NCBI GenBank assembly: GCA_963674755.2
Contig: CAXXVS010000003.1
Location: forward strand, 160,001-224,000
DNA from: Desulfobacterales bacterium
GTDB lineage: Bacteria; Desulfobacterota; Desulfobacteria; Desulfobacterales; UBA5852
Direction: 5' to 3'
DNA length: 64,000 nt
This document shows positions 45,183 through 54,809 of this stretch, piece by piece. Under the pieces are notes generated by a model. That model was not told the DNA's origin. It saw only the letters and a program-made list of their open reading frames with translations, and made no database searches. Position 1 is the stretch's first letter. Each line of letters begins with the position of its first letter. The translations under genes and the position numbers were made by a program.

Positions 45183-47556
45183 CCGGACGGAAGAATGCCC
45201 TCCGGACTGCCGCATCCAACGCCTCAAAGAAGCGGTTCAGGGCGCACGTCCCGGAGTCTGCACCGAGCGGGCTCGGATCTGGACCCGCTATCACCGCCTG
45301 GCCACCAACCGCCGCAAGCCGGCGGCCATCCAGATGGCGGAAGCCCTGCGGGAGGTGCTGCGCGGTAAATCCATCACCATTTACCCGGATGAACTGATCG
45401 TGGGCAATTTCTCTTCCAAGCGGGTGGGCGGCTCCCTCTATCCCGAACTGCACGGCGTTCCCATGCTGGAAGATCTGCTCAAATTCCCCCGACGAAAAAC
45501 CAACCCCCTCCGGATCTCCTCCAAAGAACAGCGGCAGCTGGCCGCTTTGATCCCCTTCTGGTCCCGCCGCTTCCTGGCCTACCGCGCCTTCCGGTCCCCG
45601 GCCCGCCGCTGGCGGTTTATCCTCCACCAGCTCCAGGGCCAGGACTACCTCATCAACGAGTCCGGGGGCATTGCCCATCTGGCACCGGACTATGCCACGC
45701 TCCTGCGGTTGGGGGCGGACGGCATCGCGGCCCGGGCGAAAACCCGCCGGAAAGAGACGCCGGAAGACTCGGAAGCCGATCTTTTCTACGAGGCCGTCCA
45801 GATCATCGCCGAAGGGCTGGCCCGTTTCGGAGAACGCTATGCCCGCCTGGCCCAAGACATGGCCGGCCGGGAGCCCGACCCGGATCGCCGCGAAGAACTA
45901 TACGGGATTGCCGCCGTCTGCCGCCAGGTGCCCCGCCACCCGGCGCGCACCCTGCAGGAAGCTCTCCAGAGCCTCTTCTTCGCCCAGATCGCCCTCAATT
46001 TGGAGAGCCTGGACAACTCCATCTGTCCGGGCCGCATGGACCAATACCTCTACCCTTTCTACGAGCGGGACGTGCGCAACGGCCGCCTGACCCCGGACCA
46101 GGCCCGGACGCTGGTGGCGGCCTTCTCCATCAAAATGGCGGAAATCGTGCCGGTTTTCTCCGAGCGCCTGACCCGCTTTCACGGCGGCCTGTTCAACGGA
46201 CAGGTGGTCACCGTGGGCGGGACCACGGCCGACGGGCGGGATGCCGTCAACGACCTCACCATCATCTTCCTGGACGTCATGAACACCCTGCGCATGCGGC
46301 AGCCCAACTATCATGCCCGCCTCCACCGGAACACCCCGCCGCACTACCTGGCCCGCATCCGGGACATCCTGGCCGACGGCAGCAATTCACCGGCCCTCTA
46401 CAACGACGACATCATCGTGGAGACCATGTGCCGTCAAGGTTATGCGCTGGAGGACGCCCGCGACTACACGGCCGTGGGCTGCGTGGAGCCGGTCTCCCAG
46501 GGCAGGAGTTTTTCCTCCACCGATGCCGCCCTGGTCAACGTGCCCCTCCTGCTGGAGCGGGCCTTGAACGAAGGACGACGCTTCGGGGCCCGGCGGCGCT
46601 CCGGCGCCCGAACCCCGCCGGTGGCCCGCATGACCGCCATGGCGGATGTGACGTCGGCCTTCCAAGCCCAGCTCGAGCAGCAGATCTCCCGCCTGGTCCG
46701 CGATCTGCACGCCGTGGAAGCGGCCAACCGGCGCTACCACCCCACCCCGCTTACCAGCATGCTGTTGGAGGGCTGCCTGGAGCGGGGCATCTGTTCCACC
46801 GCCGGGGGCGCCCGTTACAACTTCTCCGGTGTGCAATGTGTGGGACCCGCCGACACCGGAGACGCCCTGTACGCCATCGAACAGGCCGTTTTCAAGGATC
46901 ACCGGCTCTCCCTTGGGGCGCTGGTGGATCAGCTCAAGGCCAACCTGTCCGACGAGGCGCTTCGGGCCTACCTGAGGGGGCTTGCAAAATTCGGTAACGA
47001 CGCCCCCGAGGCCGACCGCTGGACCCGCTGGGTGGTGGAAACCTTTGCCCGGGTCCTGGCGCAACACCGCAACACTCGCGGCGGGGCCTATGTCACCGGA
47101 CTCTATTCGGTGACGGCCCACCAGGCCTTTGGCAGCGTCACCGGCGCTCTGCCCCAGGGCCGCCGGAAGGGGGCGCCCTTTGCCTCCGGCATCGCCCCCG
47201 GCAACGGGCTGGACCGCAAGGGGCCCACGGCCTTGCTGAACTCCCTCAACCGGCTGGATTTCTCCAAAACCGCCAACGGCGTCAACTTCAATCTCAAGTT
47301 CGACAAGCAGACCCTGCGCGGGAAGGCCGGGCGCATGGCCTTGCAGAGTCTGATCAAAACCTACTTCCGGCGGGGCGGGATGCAGATGCAGGTGAATGTC
47401 TTCGATGCGGACGAGCTGCTGCGGGCCTACCGCCATCCCGAGGCCTACCCCAACCTGCTGGTGCGGGTTTCGGGGTATTCGGCCTATTTCAACGATCTCA
47501 CACCGAAGATGAAAGAAGAGATCATCAGGCGGCAGCTGGTAGCCTGCGGCCCCTGA
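45163..47556 (+). CDS. glycyl radical enzyme (PFL superfamily) of unknown substrate
   Basis: Cys loop VGCVEP and glycyl motif LLVRVSGYS. AGGAGG SD at 45163. Confidence 0.92.
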   Translation: MPLSTIDRTEECPPDCRIQRLKEAVQGARPGVCTERARIWTRYHRLATNRRKPAAIQMAEALREVLRGKSITIYPDELIVGNFSSKRVGGSLYPELHGVPMLEDLLKFPRRKTNPLRISSKEQRQLAALIPFWSRRFLAYRAFRSPARRWRFILHQLQGQDYLINESGGIAHLAPDYATLLRLGADGIAARAKTRRKETPEDSEADLFYEAVQIIAEGLARFGERYARLAQDMAGREPDPDRREELYGIAAVCRQVPRHPARTLQEALQSLFFAQIALNLESLDNSICPGRMDQYLYPFYERDVRNGRLTPDQARTLVAAFSIKMAEIVPVFSERLTRFHGGLFNGQVVTVGGTTADGRDAVNDLTIIFLDVMNTLRMRQPNYHARLHRNTPPHYLARIRDILADGSNSPALYNDDIIVETMCRQGYALEDARDYTAVGCVEPVSQGRSFSSTDAALVNVPLLLERALNEGRRFGARRRSGARTPPVARMTAMADVTSAFQAQLEQQISRLVRDLHAVEAANRRYHPTPLTSMLLEGCLERGICSTAGGARYNFSGVQCVGPADTGDALYAIEQAVFKDHRLSLGALVDQLKANLSDEALRAYLRGLAKFGNDAPEADRWTRWVVETFARVLAQHRNTRGGAYVTGLYSVTAHQAFGSVTGALPQGRRKGAPFASGIAPGNGLDRKGPTALLNSLNRLDFSKTANGVNFNLKFDKQTLRGKAGRMALQSLIKTYFRRGGMQMQVNVFDADELLRAYRHPEAYPNLLVRVSGYSAYFNDLTPKMKEEIIRRQLVACGP

Positions 47557-47567
47557 AGTCTTCCGTC

Positions 47568-47792
47568 TCAACAGCGGCAACCCGCCGAACCGCAGCGCCC
47601 GGCCGCACTTCCGGTCCGCCCACCAAGGAATCGAAGGATCCCTTTGCCGCCGCCTTTGAGCCGCTTCGCAAAAGGCCACCATGGATGCCGCCCACACGCT
47701 TGTTTCAGCAGCTGCCGGCGCCGCACCTCCCTGTCGATGGCACGGGCGCGCTCCCGGACCAGGCATTCCAACCCATAATAGGTATCCGACAT
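47568..47792 (-). CDS. small basic hypothetical protein (74 aa) with Cys-rich end
   Basis: GAGGAGG SD; directly downstream of the methyltransferase gene. Confidence 0.55.
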   Translation of the reverse strand: MSDTYYGLECLVRERARAIDREVRRRQLLKQACGRHPWWPFAKRLKGGGKGILRFLGGRTGSAAGRCGSAGCRC

Positions 47793-47803
47793 GTCCGTCC
47801 TCC

Positions 47804-48430
47804 TCAGGCCGTTCCGGTGGCCATAAAGATGCCCACCGCCGCCCGCTCGGCCCCGCATCGTGAATCCGCGCAGCACTGCTCGCCTGGAACCCCGTTGACG
47901 ATGATATTGGAAAAACCCGCCGCCATGAGCCAGTGGCGGATATCGCTGCGGTAAAACCCCATCCAGCGGTCGTGGTGTTCTTCTCTTAAAAATTGGAACG
48001 CATGTTTGTCCAGATCCGTGATCACCAGGCGGCCGCCGGGCTTCAGGATGCGCTTCATTTCCAGAATCGCCCGGGAGGGCACCTCGCTGTGGTGCAGCAT
48101 CATATTGGCAAAGACCCCGTCCACGCGCCCATCTTCGATGGGAAGCCGCTCTGCTTCCAGAAGACGGGTCTCGACGGCGTCCGCCCGGCCGAATTTGCGG
48201 CGCAGTTCTGCCAGCATGTTGGCGGAAGGATCCACGGCGATCACCCGGGCCCCGGCGGCCACCAGCCCCTCGGTCATGAAGCCGGTGCCGGCCCCGATGT
48301 CAGCGGCCAGATAGCCCGGCCCCACCCCGGCCACCCCGATGGCGAAATCCCGCACATGGGAAGAGAAAAAGCTTCGCCGCATGGCGTCCCATTCCGGCGC
48401 CGCCGTTTCAAAATAGGCGTTGGCCTCCAT
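47804..48430 (-). CDS. class I SAM-dependent methyltransferase
   Basis: ADIGAGTG, ANMMLHH, LKPGGRLVITD, HHDRWMGF. Confidence 0.9.
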   Translation of the reverse strand: MEANAYFETAAPEWDAMRRSFFSSHVRDFAIGVAGVGPGYLAADIGAGTGFMTEGLVAAGARVIAVDPSANMLAELRRKFGRADAVETRLLEAERLPIEDGRVDGVFANMMLHHSEVPSRAILEMKRILKPGGRLVITDLDKHAFQFLREEHHDRWMGFYRSDIRHWLMAAGFSNIIVNGVPGEQCCADSRCGAERAAVGIFMATGTA

Positions 48431-48464
48431 GATCATCTTCCTTTCCGAATGAGATATCGTGGGA

Positions 48465-48638
48465 TCACAAAAGATTGCCGATCACCAGGGAGATGGCGAC
48501 GGCCATGGCGCACCAGAACACGGCTTTCAGCGACAAGGCGCGCGGTCGCATGCTTACGGCAGGCGGCGCCGGATTCCGCCAGGCCGTTTCCTCCGGTCGA
48601 AACAGTTCATGCATCCATGAAACCCTTCTTTCTGCCAT
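48465..48638 (-). CDS. small membrane protein (57 aa)
   Basis: AGGAAA SD; C-terminal TM helix AVFWCAMAVAISLVIGNLL. Confidence 0.45.
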   Translation of the reverse strand: MAERRVSWMHELFRPEETAWRNPAPPAVSMRPRALSLKAVFWCAMAVAISLVIGNLL

Positions 48639-48705
48639 GCTGCTTTTCCTGTCCGTCTCGTTGCCGCGATGGAACCATCGCCCCCTGTCTGGACGCCAAC
48701 TTAAG

Positions 48706-48763
48706 TCTTCCGATGCCTCAGATCCAATACGGATTGCTGATGACGGTCTTCCGAAATCCTGAT
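48706..48763. promoter_or_regulatory. LysR-type T-N11-A boxes in the divergent region
   Basis: Minus strand ATCAGGATTTCGGAA and ATCAGCAATCCGTAT. Confidence 0.4.
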
Positions 48764-48850
48764 TTGACAGGTATCGCCTGTCGGCGATAGAAGTCTCACC
48801 AGCCCGCCTTGGGCCCTGGCACACGTAATGATCATGAGAGGACCTGCGAA

Positions 48851-49789
48851 ATGGAACTCTACCAGCTTAAAACCTTTGTCACCGTGGCTGAAGAAGGACA
48901 TCTGACCCGGGCCTCGGAGCGGCTGCACACCAGCCAGCCGGCGGTCAGCGCCCATATCAAGGCCCTGGAGGAGGAAATGGGGGTGCCACTTTTCATCCGG
49001 ACCCCCAAGGGCATGCTGCTCACCCGGGAGGGCGAAATCCTGCAGGCCAGGGCCCAGGCCGCCCTCGACACCATCGACGCCCTCTACCGGGAAGCTTCCC
49101 AACTCAAGGCGGATGTCGTGGGCACGGCCCGCATCGGTCTGCACATCGATCCCCAGTTTCTCAAGATCGACTGTTTTCTCTCCCACATGCGGCGGCACTA
49201 TCCGAAACTGGACTTTCATCTGCTCCAGCGCTGGTCATGGCAGCAGCCCGAGGCCTTCAAAAAGGGCGACCTGGACGGCGGCTTCGTCTACGGCGATCCC
49301 GGCTTGACCGAACTGGAAGTAATCGCCCTACGCACCTTCAATGTGGTCGTGGTGGGCCCGGCGGATTGGGAGAAACGGATAAGGGGGGCCGGCTGGGAAG
49401 ACGTCGCCCGTATGCCCTGGATCTGGACCCCGCCCAACTGCCGCTTCTGCCAGATTGCGCTGGAAGCCTTTGAAAGCCGGGGCTTGCAGCCCCTGCGGGT
49501 GACGGTGGCCGATCAGGAACCGCTCATCCGGACCCTGGTGGCCGCGGGCATCGGGCTCTCCATCATGATCGAGGAAGAAGCGCGCCGGAGCCAAAAGGAA
49601 GGCCGGGTCGCCATCTGGGAAAAAGCCCTCGGCAGCGTGGATCTGGGGTTCATCTATCCCCGTCGCAGGGCTTCCGAACCGCTGATCCGGGCGCTGGTGG
49701 AAGGCATCCGCCAGGTGTGGCAGGTCCCGGAAATCAAAACCGCCTCCCCAAACCGGCCGACAATCGCAAAACAAGGAGCATTGCCATGA
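48851..49789 (+). CDS. LysR-family transcriptional regulator
   Basis: MELYQLKTFVTVAEEGHLTRASERLHTSQPAVSAHIKALEEE. Confidence 0.95.
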   Translation: MELYQLKTFVTVAEEGHLTRASERLHTSQPAVSAHIKALEEEMGVPLFIRTPKGMLLTREGEILQARAQAALDTIDALYREASQLKADVVGTARIGLHIDPQFLKIDCFLSHMRRHYPKLDFHLLQRWSWQQPEAFKKGDLDGGFVYGDPGLTELEVIALRTFNVVVVGPADWEKRIRGAGWEDVARMPWIWTPPNCRFCQIALEAFESRGLQPLRVTVADQEPLIRTLVAAGIGLSIMIEEEARRSQKEGRVAIWEKALGSVDLGFIYPRRRASEPLIRALVEGIRQVWQVPEIKTASPNRPTIAKQGALP

Positions 49790-50916
49790 AAACCGACACC
49801 CGCTGCGTTCACAGCGGCAGTTATTTCGACAAGACCACGGGCGGCATCAACACGCCCATCTTCACCTCCTCGGCCTACGACTACCTGGACCGGGAAGAAG
49901 CGCCTTATCCGCGCTATTTCAACACCGTCAACCAAGACGCGGTGGTGAAAAAACTCTGCGCGCTGGAAGGGGCCGCCGGCGGGGTGCTCTTCAGCTCCGG
50001 CATGGCCGCCATGACCACCGCCATCCTGGCCTTGGCCGGCGCCGGGGACCACGTGGTCCTCATGGACGAACTCTACGGCGGCACCCATGCCTTCGCCACC
50101 GACACCCTCGGACGTATGGGCATCGGCTATGCCTTCACCGCAGGCAACGCGGCGGCCATCGCCGCGGCCGTCAGCGACCGCACCCGGGTCATTGTGATCG
50201 AGTCCCCCACCAATCCGCTCCTGACCGTGGTCGACATTGCCGCGGTGGCCCGCTTCGCCCGCTCGCGCGGCATCACCACCATCATGGACAACACCTTCGC
50301 CAGCCCCATCAACCAGACACCCCTTGCATTGGGCATCGACATCGTGGTGCACAGCGGCACCAAATACCTGGGCGGTCACAGTGACCTGTGTTGCGGTGTG
50401 GCGGTCTCTTCGCAACCCAACACCGAAAAAATCCTCCATGTGGCCCGCCACCTGGGGGGCAGCCTGAATGCCGCCTCCTGCTACCTGCTCGAGCGCAGTC
50501 TCAAGACCCTGGCCCTGCGGGTGGGACACCAGACCGCCAATGCCCGGAAGATCGCGGAATACCTGGAGGGACATGCCAAGGTCCGCCGGGTGTTCTATCC
50601 CGGGCTGCAGAGCGCCTCCGGGCACGACCTGGCCCGGGCCCAGATGACGGGCTTCGGCGCCATGCTGTCTTTCGAACTGGATTCCCGGCAGATCCAAATG
50701 GACCGCTTTATGCGCCACCTCGAACTCATCCGGCCGGCGGTCAGCCTGGGCGGGGTGGAAACCACCATCTGCGCCCCGGTGGTGACCTCCCACGCCAAGA
50801 TGACTGCCGAGGAACGGGCCCGCATCGGGATAACGGACGACTTGCTGCGTCTGTCCGTGGGCATCGAAGATCCGGAGGATCTGCTGGACGATCTGGCGCG
50901 GGCTTTGGCGGGTTGA
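49786..50916 (+). CDS. PLP-dependent Cys/Met metabolism enzyme (cystathionine gamma-synthase/lyase family)
   Basis: FSSGMAA, ESPTNP, DNTFASP, HSGTKYLGGHSD, VSLGG, RLSVGIED. Confidence 0.92.
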   Translation: MKTDTRCVHSGSYFDKTTGGINTPIFTSSAYDYLDREEAPYPRYFNTVNQDAVVKKLCALEGAAGGVLFSSGMAAMTTAILALAGAGDHVVLMDELYGGTHAFATDTLGRMGIGYAFTAGNAAAIAAAVSDRTRVIVIESPTNPLLTVVDIAAVARFARSRGITTIMDNTFASPINQTPLALGIDIVVHSGTKYLGGHSDLCCGVAVSSQPNTEKILHVARHLGGSLNAASCYLLERSLKTLALRVGHQTANARKIAEYLEGHAKVRRVFYPGLQSASGHDLARAQMTGFGAMLSFELDSRQIQMDRFMRHLELIRPAVSLGGVETTICAPVVTSHAKMTAEERARIGITDDLLRLSVGIEDPEDLLDDLARALAG

Positions 50917-50971
50917 CCACCGCCAAGTCGAATTCGCGGCCCGTTCCTGTAGCTCAGGGAACAGATGGGGT

Positions 50972-51574
50972 ATGAATAACGCCGGGCTAAAAAGGGGCCT
51001 CGCTATCCGCGATCACCTACCCGAAAAAAATCTCCGGGAGGGAGCGGCCCTCTACTACATTGGCCTGCAGGCCAAACTGGCGCCCGTCTTCGGACCGCCG
51101 GAGACGGCCCTGGCCGTTCTGCCCCAATCGCTGTGGCGTTCCCGCTGCCTGACCGCCTTCGAGAATTCGAAACTGATCGGCATCCTGGGGATTCACGACG
51201 CCCGGGGGAGCTTTCTGGAGCCATCCCACCAGACCATGGTCCGGCACTACGGCGCCGTGATGGGCATGACGCGCATGATGTTGCTCATGCTGCTGGACCA
51301 CAAACTGCCGCCGGGGGATCTCTACCTGGACGGCCTCGTCGTGGCCGAACCGTACCGTGGGCAGGGGGTCGGCCGCGCCCTCATGGCAGCCTTCGAAGCG
51401 CGCGCCCGGGACAACGGATTTAAAACCGTCTCCCTGGAGGTTATCGACACCAATCCCCGGGCCCGCAGCATCTACGAGCGCCTGGGGTACGAATCGATTG
51501 CCACCCACACCATGGGGCCCTTTGCCCGCCTCTTCGGCTTCCGCACCACCCACCGGATGATGAAGCTGTTGTAG
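50972..51574 (+). CDS. GNAT N-acetyltransferase
   Basis: VAEPYRGQGVG, NPRARSIYERLGY. Confidence 0.88.
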   Translation: MNNAGLKRGLAIRDHLPEKNLREGAALYYIGLQAKLAPVFGPPETALAVLPQSLWRSRCLTAFENSKLIGILGIHDARGSFLEPSHQTMVRHYGAVMGMTRMMLLMLLDHKLPPGDLYLDGLVVAEPYRGQGVGRALMAAFEARARDNGFKTVSLEVIDTNPRARSIYERLGYESIATHTMGPFARLFGFRTTHRMMKLL

Positions 51575-51741
51575 GAGAAGGATAAGAAGTCGATGGGCTG
51601 AGGGGAAACCGTGAGCCGAACAAGCCTCGTTTAAAAACTTGAAAAGAAAATGATCCCCATAACCACCTGGGAAATGGTAGAAAAATAACCCTTGATGCCT
51701 TGCCCCCCGGGACCCTCGGACCCTATTTTCGTAAATAGTTT

Positions 51742-51880
51742 TCATCCAGAGGTGGTAAATTTTGGTTTCTGGCAAGGCCGCAGCCGACGGGCGCCCACAG
51801 GCGTAGCCCGGCTACGCCGAGGACCGACAGGACGCGAGAACGCCACCAGGGACCGAAAGATGCCATTTATGGATGGACAT
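51742..51880 (+). repeat. repeat family 3 copy
   Basis: CATCCAGAGGTGG...GGCGTAGCCCGGCTACGCCGAGGA...GATGCCATTTATGGATG with inverted ends. A left-end fragment also occurs at about 4917-4960. Confidence 0.75.
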
Positions 51881-51949
51881 TAAATAGTGAAAGCCTATCG
51901 TCTGACCGCTGACATGACAGCAACCAACACCCGGGGAGGAACTCCCGCC

Positions 51950-52870
51950 ATGCCCCCCATCACATCCATCGCCATTCTGGGTGCCGGCGCCATGGGCGGT
52001 GCCTATGCCGCTATGCTGGATACCGTTCCCGAATTTGAAACCGTGTTCGTGGCCCGGGGCGCGCGGGCTGCGCGCCTGGCCCGGGAGGGCCTGATCGTCA
52101 ACGGCCGGCCCCTGAACCTCCCGGTGGTCCGGCCGGAACAGTCCACGGCGCCCGTCGACCTCATCATGGTGGCCCTGAAGCACCACCATATGGCGGAAGC
52201 CCTGCCCGATCTGGCACCTTTCATCGGCGGGCAGACCACCATCATTTCCATCATGAACGGCCTGGAAAGCGAGGAGACCATCGGCGCCCGCTACGGCATG
52301 GACAAAGTGCTCCTGGCCATTGCGGTGGGCATTGATGCTCTGCGGGAGGGCAACCGTATCTCCCACCGGAGCGCTGGCCGCCTGATCTTCGGCGAGGCTG
52401 AAAACAAAGCCATCAGCCCCCGGGTCCGGCGGTTGCAGGAAGCCTTCACCCGCGCGGGCATACCCCATGAAACGCCCGAGGACATGCGACGCGTCCTGTG
52501 GTGGAAATTCATGGTAAATGTGGGCATTAACCAGGCCTCGGCCGTCATGCGAGCGCCCTACGGTATCTTTCAGACATCAGAGGATGCCCGGTCGTTGATG
52601 CTGACCCTCATGGAAGAAGTCGTCACCCTTGCCAAAGCCAGGGGCGTGAACCTGTCTCAAAAGGACATCGAAGACTTTCTCGCCATCCTGCCCGGCCTGT
52701 CCCCGGATGGCAAAACCTCCATGCTCCAGGACATGGAAGCCGGCCGCCCCACCGAGGTGGACATATTTAGCGGCAAGGTCGTGTCCCTGGGCCGCGAACT
52801 CGGTGTCGCCACCCCGGTCAATGCCGCCCTGCTGAAGATTATCCGCGTTCTGGAAACGCAAACGTCGTAA
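51950..52870 (+). CDS. panE: 2-dehydropantoate 2-reductase family protein
   Basis: GAGAMG, MNG, WWKFMVN, TSMLQDMEAGRPTE. Confidence 0.85.
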   Translation: MPPITSIAILGAGAMGGAYAAMLDTVPEFETVFVARGARAARLAREGLIVNGRPLNLPVVRPEQSTAPVDLIMVALKHHHMAEALPDLAPFIGGQTTIISIMNGLESEETIGARYGMDKVLLAIAVGIDALREGNRISHRSAGRLIFGEAENKAISPRVRRLQEAFTRAGIPHETPEDMRRVLWWKFMVNVGINQASAVMRAPYGIFQTSEDARSLMLTLMEEVVTLAKARGVNLSQKDIEDFLAILPGLSPDGKTSMLQDMEAGRPTEVDIFSGKVVSLGRELGVATPVNAALLKIIRVLETQTS

Positions 52871-53168
52871 TCGGAATCGAAGGGCGGCAGCCTGGGAGAT
52901 ACGGGAAGGCGCCCTGCGCAGCCTTGAAGTCCCATCGGTTTCTTGCTACATAAAACCAATCCTGCGCCTGTCAGGTGCCAAGCCGGCATGCCCCTCCAAA
53001 CCGCGCAATGCGGCGGCGCCCGCGAAAGGGCCTTGCAGACAACCACCAATGCGCCTTGACGTTGCGATGACAGGCGCTTGTCCCGAAAAAAAGCAACGGG
53101 CGGCCAATCCTGCTTTGCGGTCATCCGGCCTTTTTGCTTCCGTAGCGTAAACCTTCCCGGGAGTCGCC

Positions 53169-54455
53169 GTGGCCTTACATCTGTTGGACGACCATATCCG
53201 CACCCTCACCCGTAAACTGCCCACCCTCTATCGAAGACGCGTGCTGGTCCTGCTGAGCCTTTTGGCCCTGCACCTGTTTATCGTTACGCCGTTCGTGCGC
53301 CTGTCCACGGATGAACAGCGCTACCAGGCCGAGGCCGCCTCGCTGGCAACCCGTATCAGGCATCTGCAGGCGGTGGAAACCGATGTCCACCGCGCTCTGG
53401 ATCAGGTCGACCGGCAGAAAACCCTCCTGCTGGACGACCTGGTGGCCCGCTTCAAGGACCTCAACGACGTTCGGGACGCATTGCGCGCGCCAATGGAAGA
53501 CCAGCCCCAAGAACCCCCTTTCCAATCAGACCGTCAGTTCCAAGGCAAGTCAGGGCAGGGACATGAAGCGAACACGGCCCTGGCCGAAGCGGTGGCGAAA
53601 GCCGAAAACGCCGGCGACAAGACCGCGGCCTATCGCCTGCTGATTCATGATCTGATCATTGACCCGGCGTTCACCCAGGCCAACCAACGCTGGCAGGATG
53701 AAAAAACAGCCATCGAAGCCGGCTTGAAGCGTATCCGCGACGGGCTGCCCGCCGCCCAAACGTTCCGGGGGATCGAGGAACTTTTGACCAGGATCGACGA
53801 CGAGGTGCGGCGCTATCGCTTTACAGCCCCGGAGGGCGACTGGTGGATGACCGTCTCGGGCAAGGAAGCCGTGCTCGACAGGAATCTCGATCGGATCGCC
53901 GGCACCTTGAAGGAGGCGATTCTGCCCCTGGCGGCCGACCGGGACAAGCTCCGCCAGGAAATCGAGAAGAAAAGGGCTCTTCTGGCGGCGACGCGCCGGG
54001 AAAAGGAAGCGCTGGCCGCGCGCGCGGCGGAAAATTTTCTCCGCATCGAAAAATCCCTGAACATCGCCGTGATCGACGGTGTGCAGGCCATCGCCTTTTT
54101 TCCCACCCTGCTCGCGGTGGTTCTGGGGTTGATGACGGCCGACATCTGTCGCTGCCTGCAGGAACTGACCCGCTGTAAGAAACAGGTGGATGCCGGTCTC
54201 CGGACGGAAATCGTCCAATGGCTGGCCATCGCCGCCCGTCCGCCCTACCTGCTGGACTTTATCATGGCCCTCTGGATTTTTCTCGCCGTCGTGCAGGTTC
54301 GTCCACTGAATGCGGACAACACCCTCTATGCCGGCCAGATCCTGTTCGGTGCGCTGGTGCTGGCAACCGTCGCTATCTGGGAAAGTGCCGCCCGACGTCA
54401 GGCCATGGCAGTGGTAGCAGGCGAGGAGGCACAAACAAATGATACGTCCGTCTAA
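53169..54455 (+). CDS. hypothetical membrane protein with long coiled-coil loop
   Basis: One N-terminal and three C-terminal hydrophobic segments; 428-aa ORF. Confidence 0.7.
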   Translation: MALHLLDDHIRTLTRKLPTLYRRRVLVLLSLLALHLFIVTPFVRLSTDEQRYQAEAASLATRIRHLQAVETDVHRALDQVDRQKTLLLDDLVARFKDLNDVRDALRAPMEDQPQEPPFQSDRQFQGKSGQGHEANTALAEAVAKAENAGDKTAAYRLLIHDLIIDPAFTQANQRWQDEKTAIEAGLKRIRDGLPAAQTFRGIEELLTRIDDEVRRYRFTAPEGDWWMTVSGKEAVLDRNLDRIAGTLKEAILPLAADRDKLRQEIEKKRALLAATRREKEALAARAAENFLRIEKSLNIAVIDGVQAIAFFPTLLAVVLGLMTADICRCLQELTRCKKQVDAGLRTEIVQWLAIAARPPYLLDFIMALWIFLAVVQVRPLNADNTLYAGQILFGALVLATVAIWESAARRQAMAVVAGEEAQTNDTSV

Positions 54456-54486
54456 GTTTTGCGATTAGCGAGGGAAGAGAAATACA

Positions 54487-54780
54487 ATGTCGGTTTACAT
54501 GATTATCGATGCAACGGTTAAGGACCGCAGGAAATACGACCAGTATCTGGATCAGGTGCGACCCATCGTCGAGAAGCACGGCGGACGCTACCATGTGCGT
54601 GGCCAAAACATCCGCCCCCTGGGGGCCTGGCGTCCTGAACGAATCATCGTGATCGAGTTCCCGTCCGAGGATGCCATCCGGCGCTGGCTGGCATCGCCGG
54701 AATACACCGCTATTGCCTCGCTGCGGGAGGAAGGCGCCGACGCCCAGGCCATTCTGGTCGAAGGCTATCCTGACCACTAA
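54487..54780 (+). CDS. DUF1330-family protein
   Basis: HGGRYHVRG, IVIEFPS, WLASPEY. Confidence 0.88.
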   Translation: MSVYMIIDATVKDRRKYDQYLDQVRPIVEKHGGRYHVRGQNIRPLGAWRPERIIVIEFPSEDAIRRWLASPEYTAIASLREEGADAQAILVEGYPDH

Positions 54781-54809
54781 AGCAAATCGCAGCGGAATAA
54801 TACGTTCTG

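Noticed and set aside
47568..47570. Selenocysteine at the TGA after ...CRC
   Set aside because: No recognisable SECIS; readthrough would run antisense into the GRE gene.
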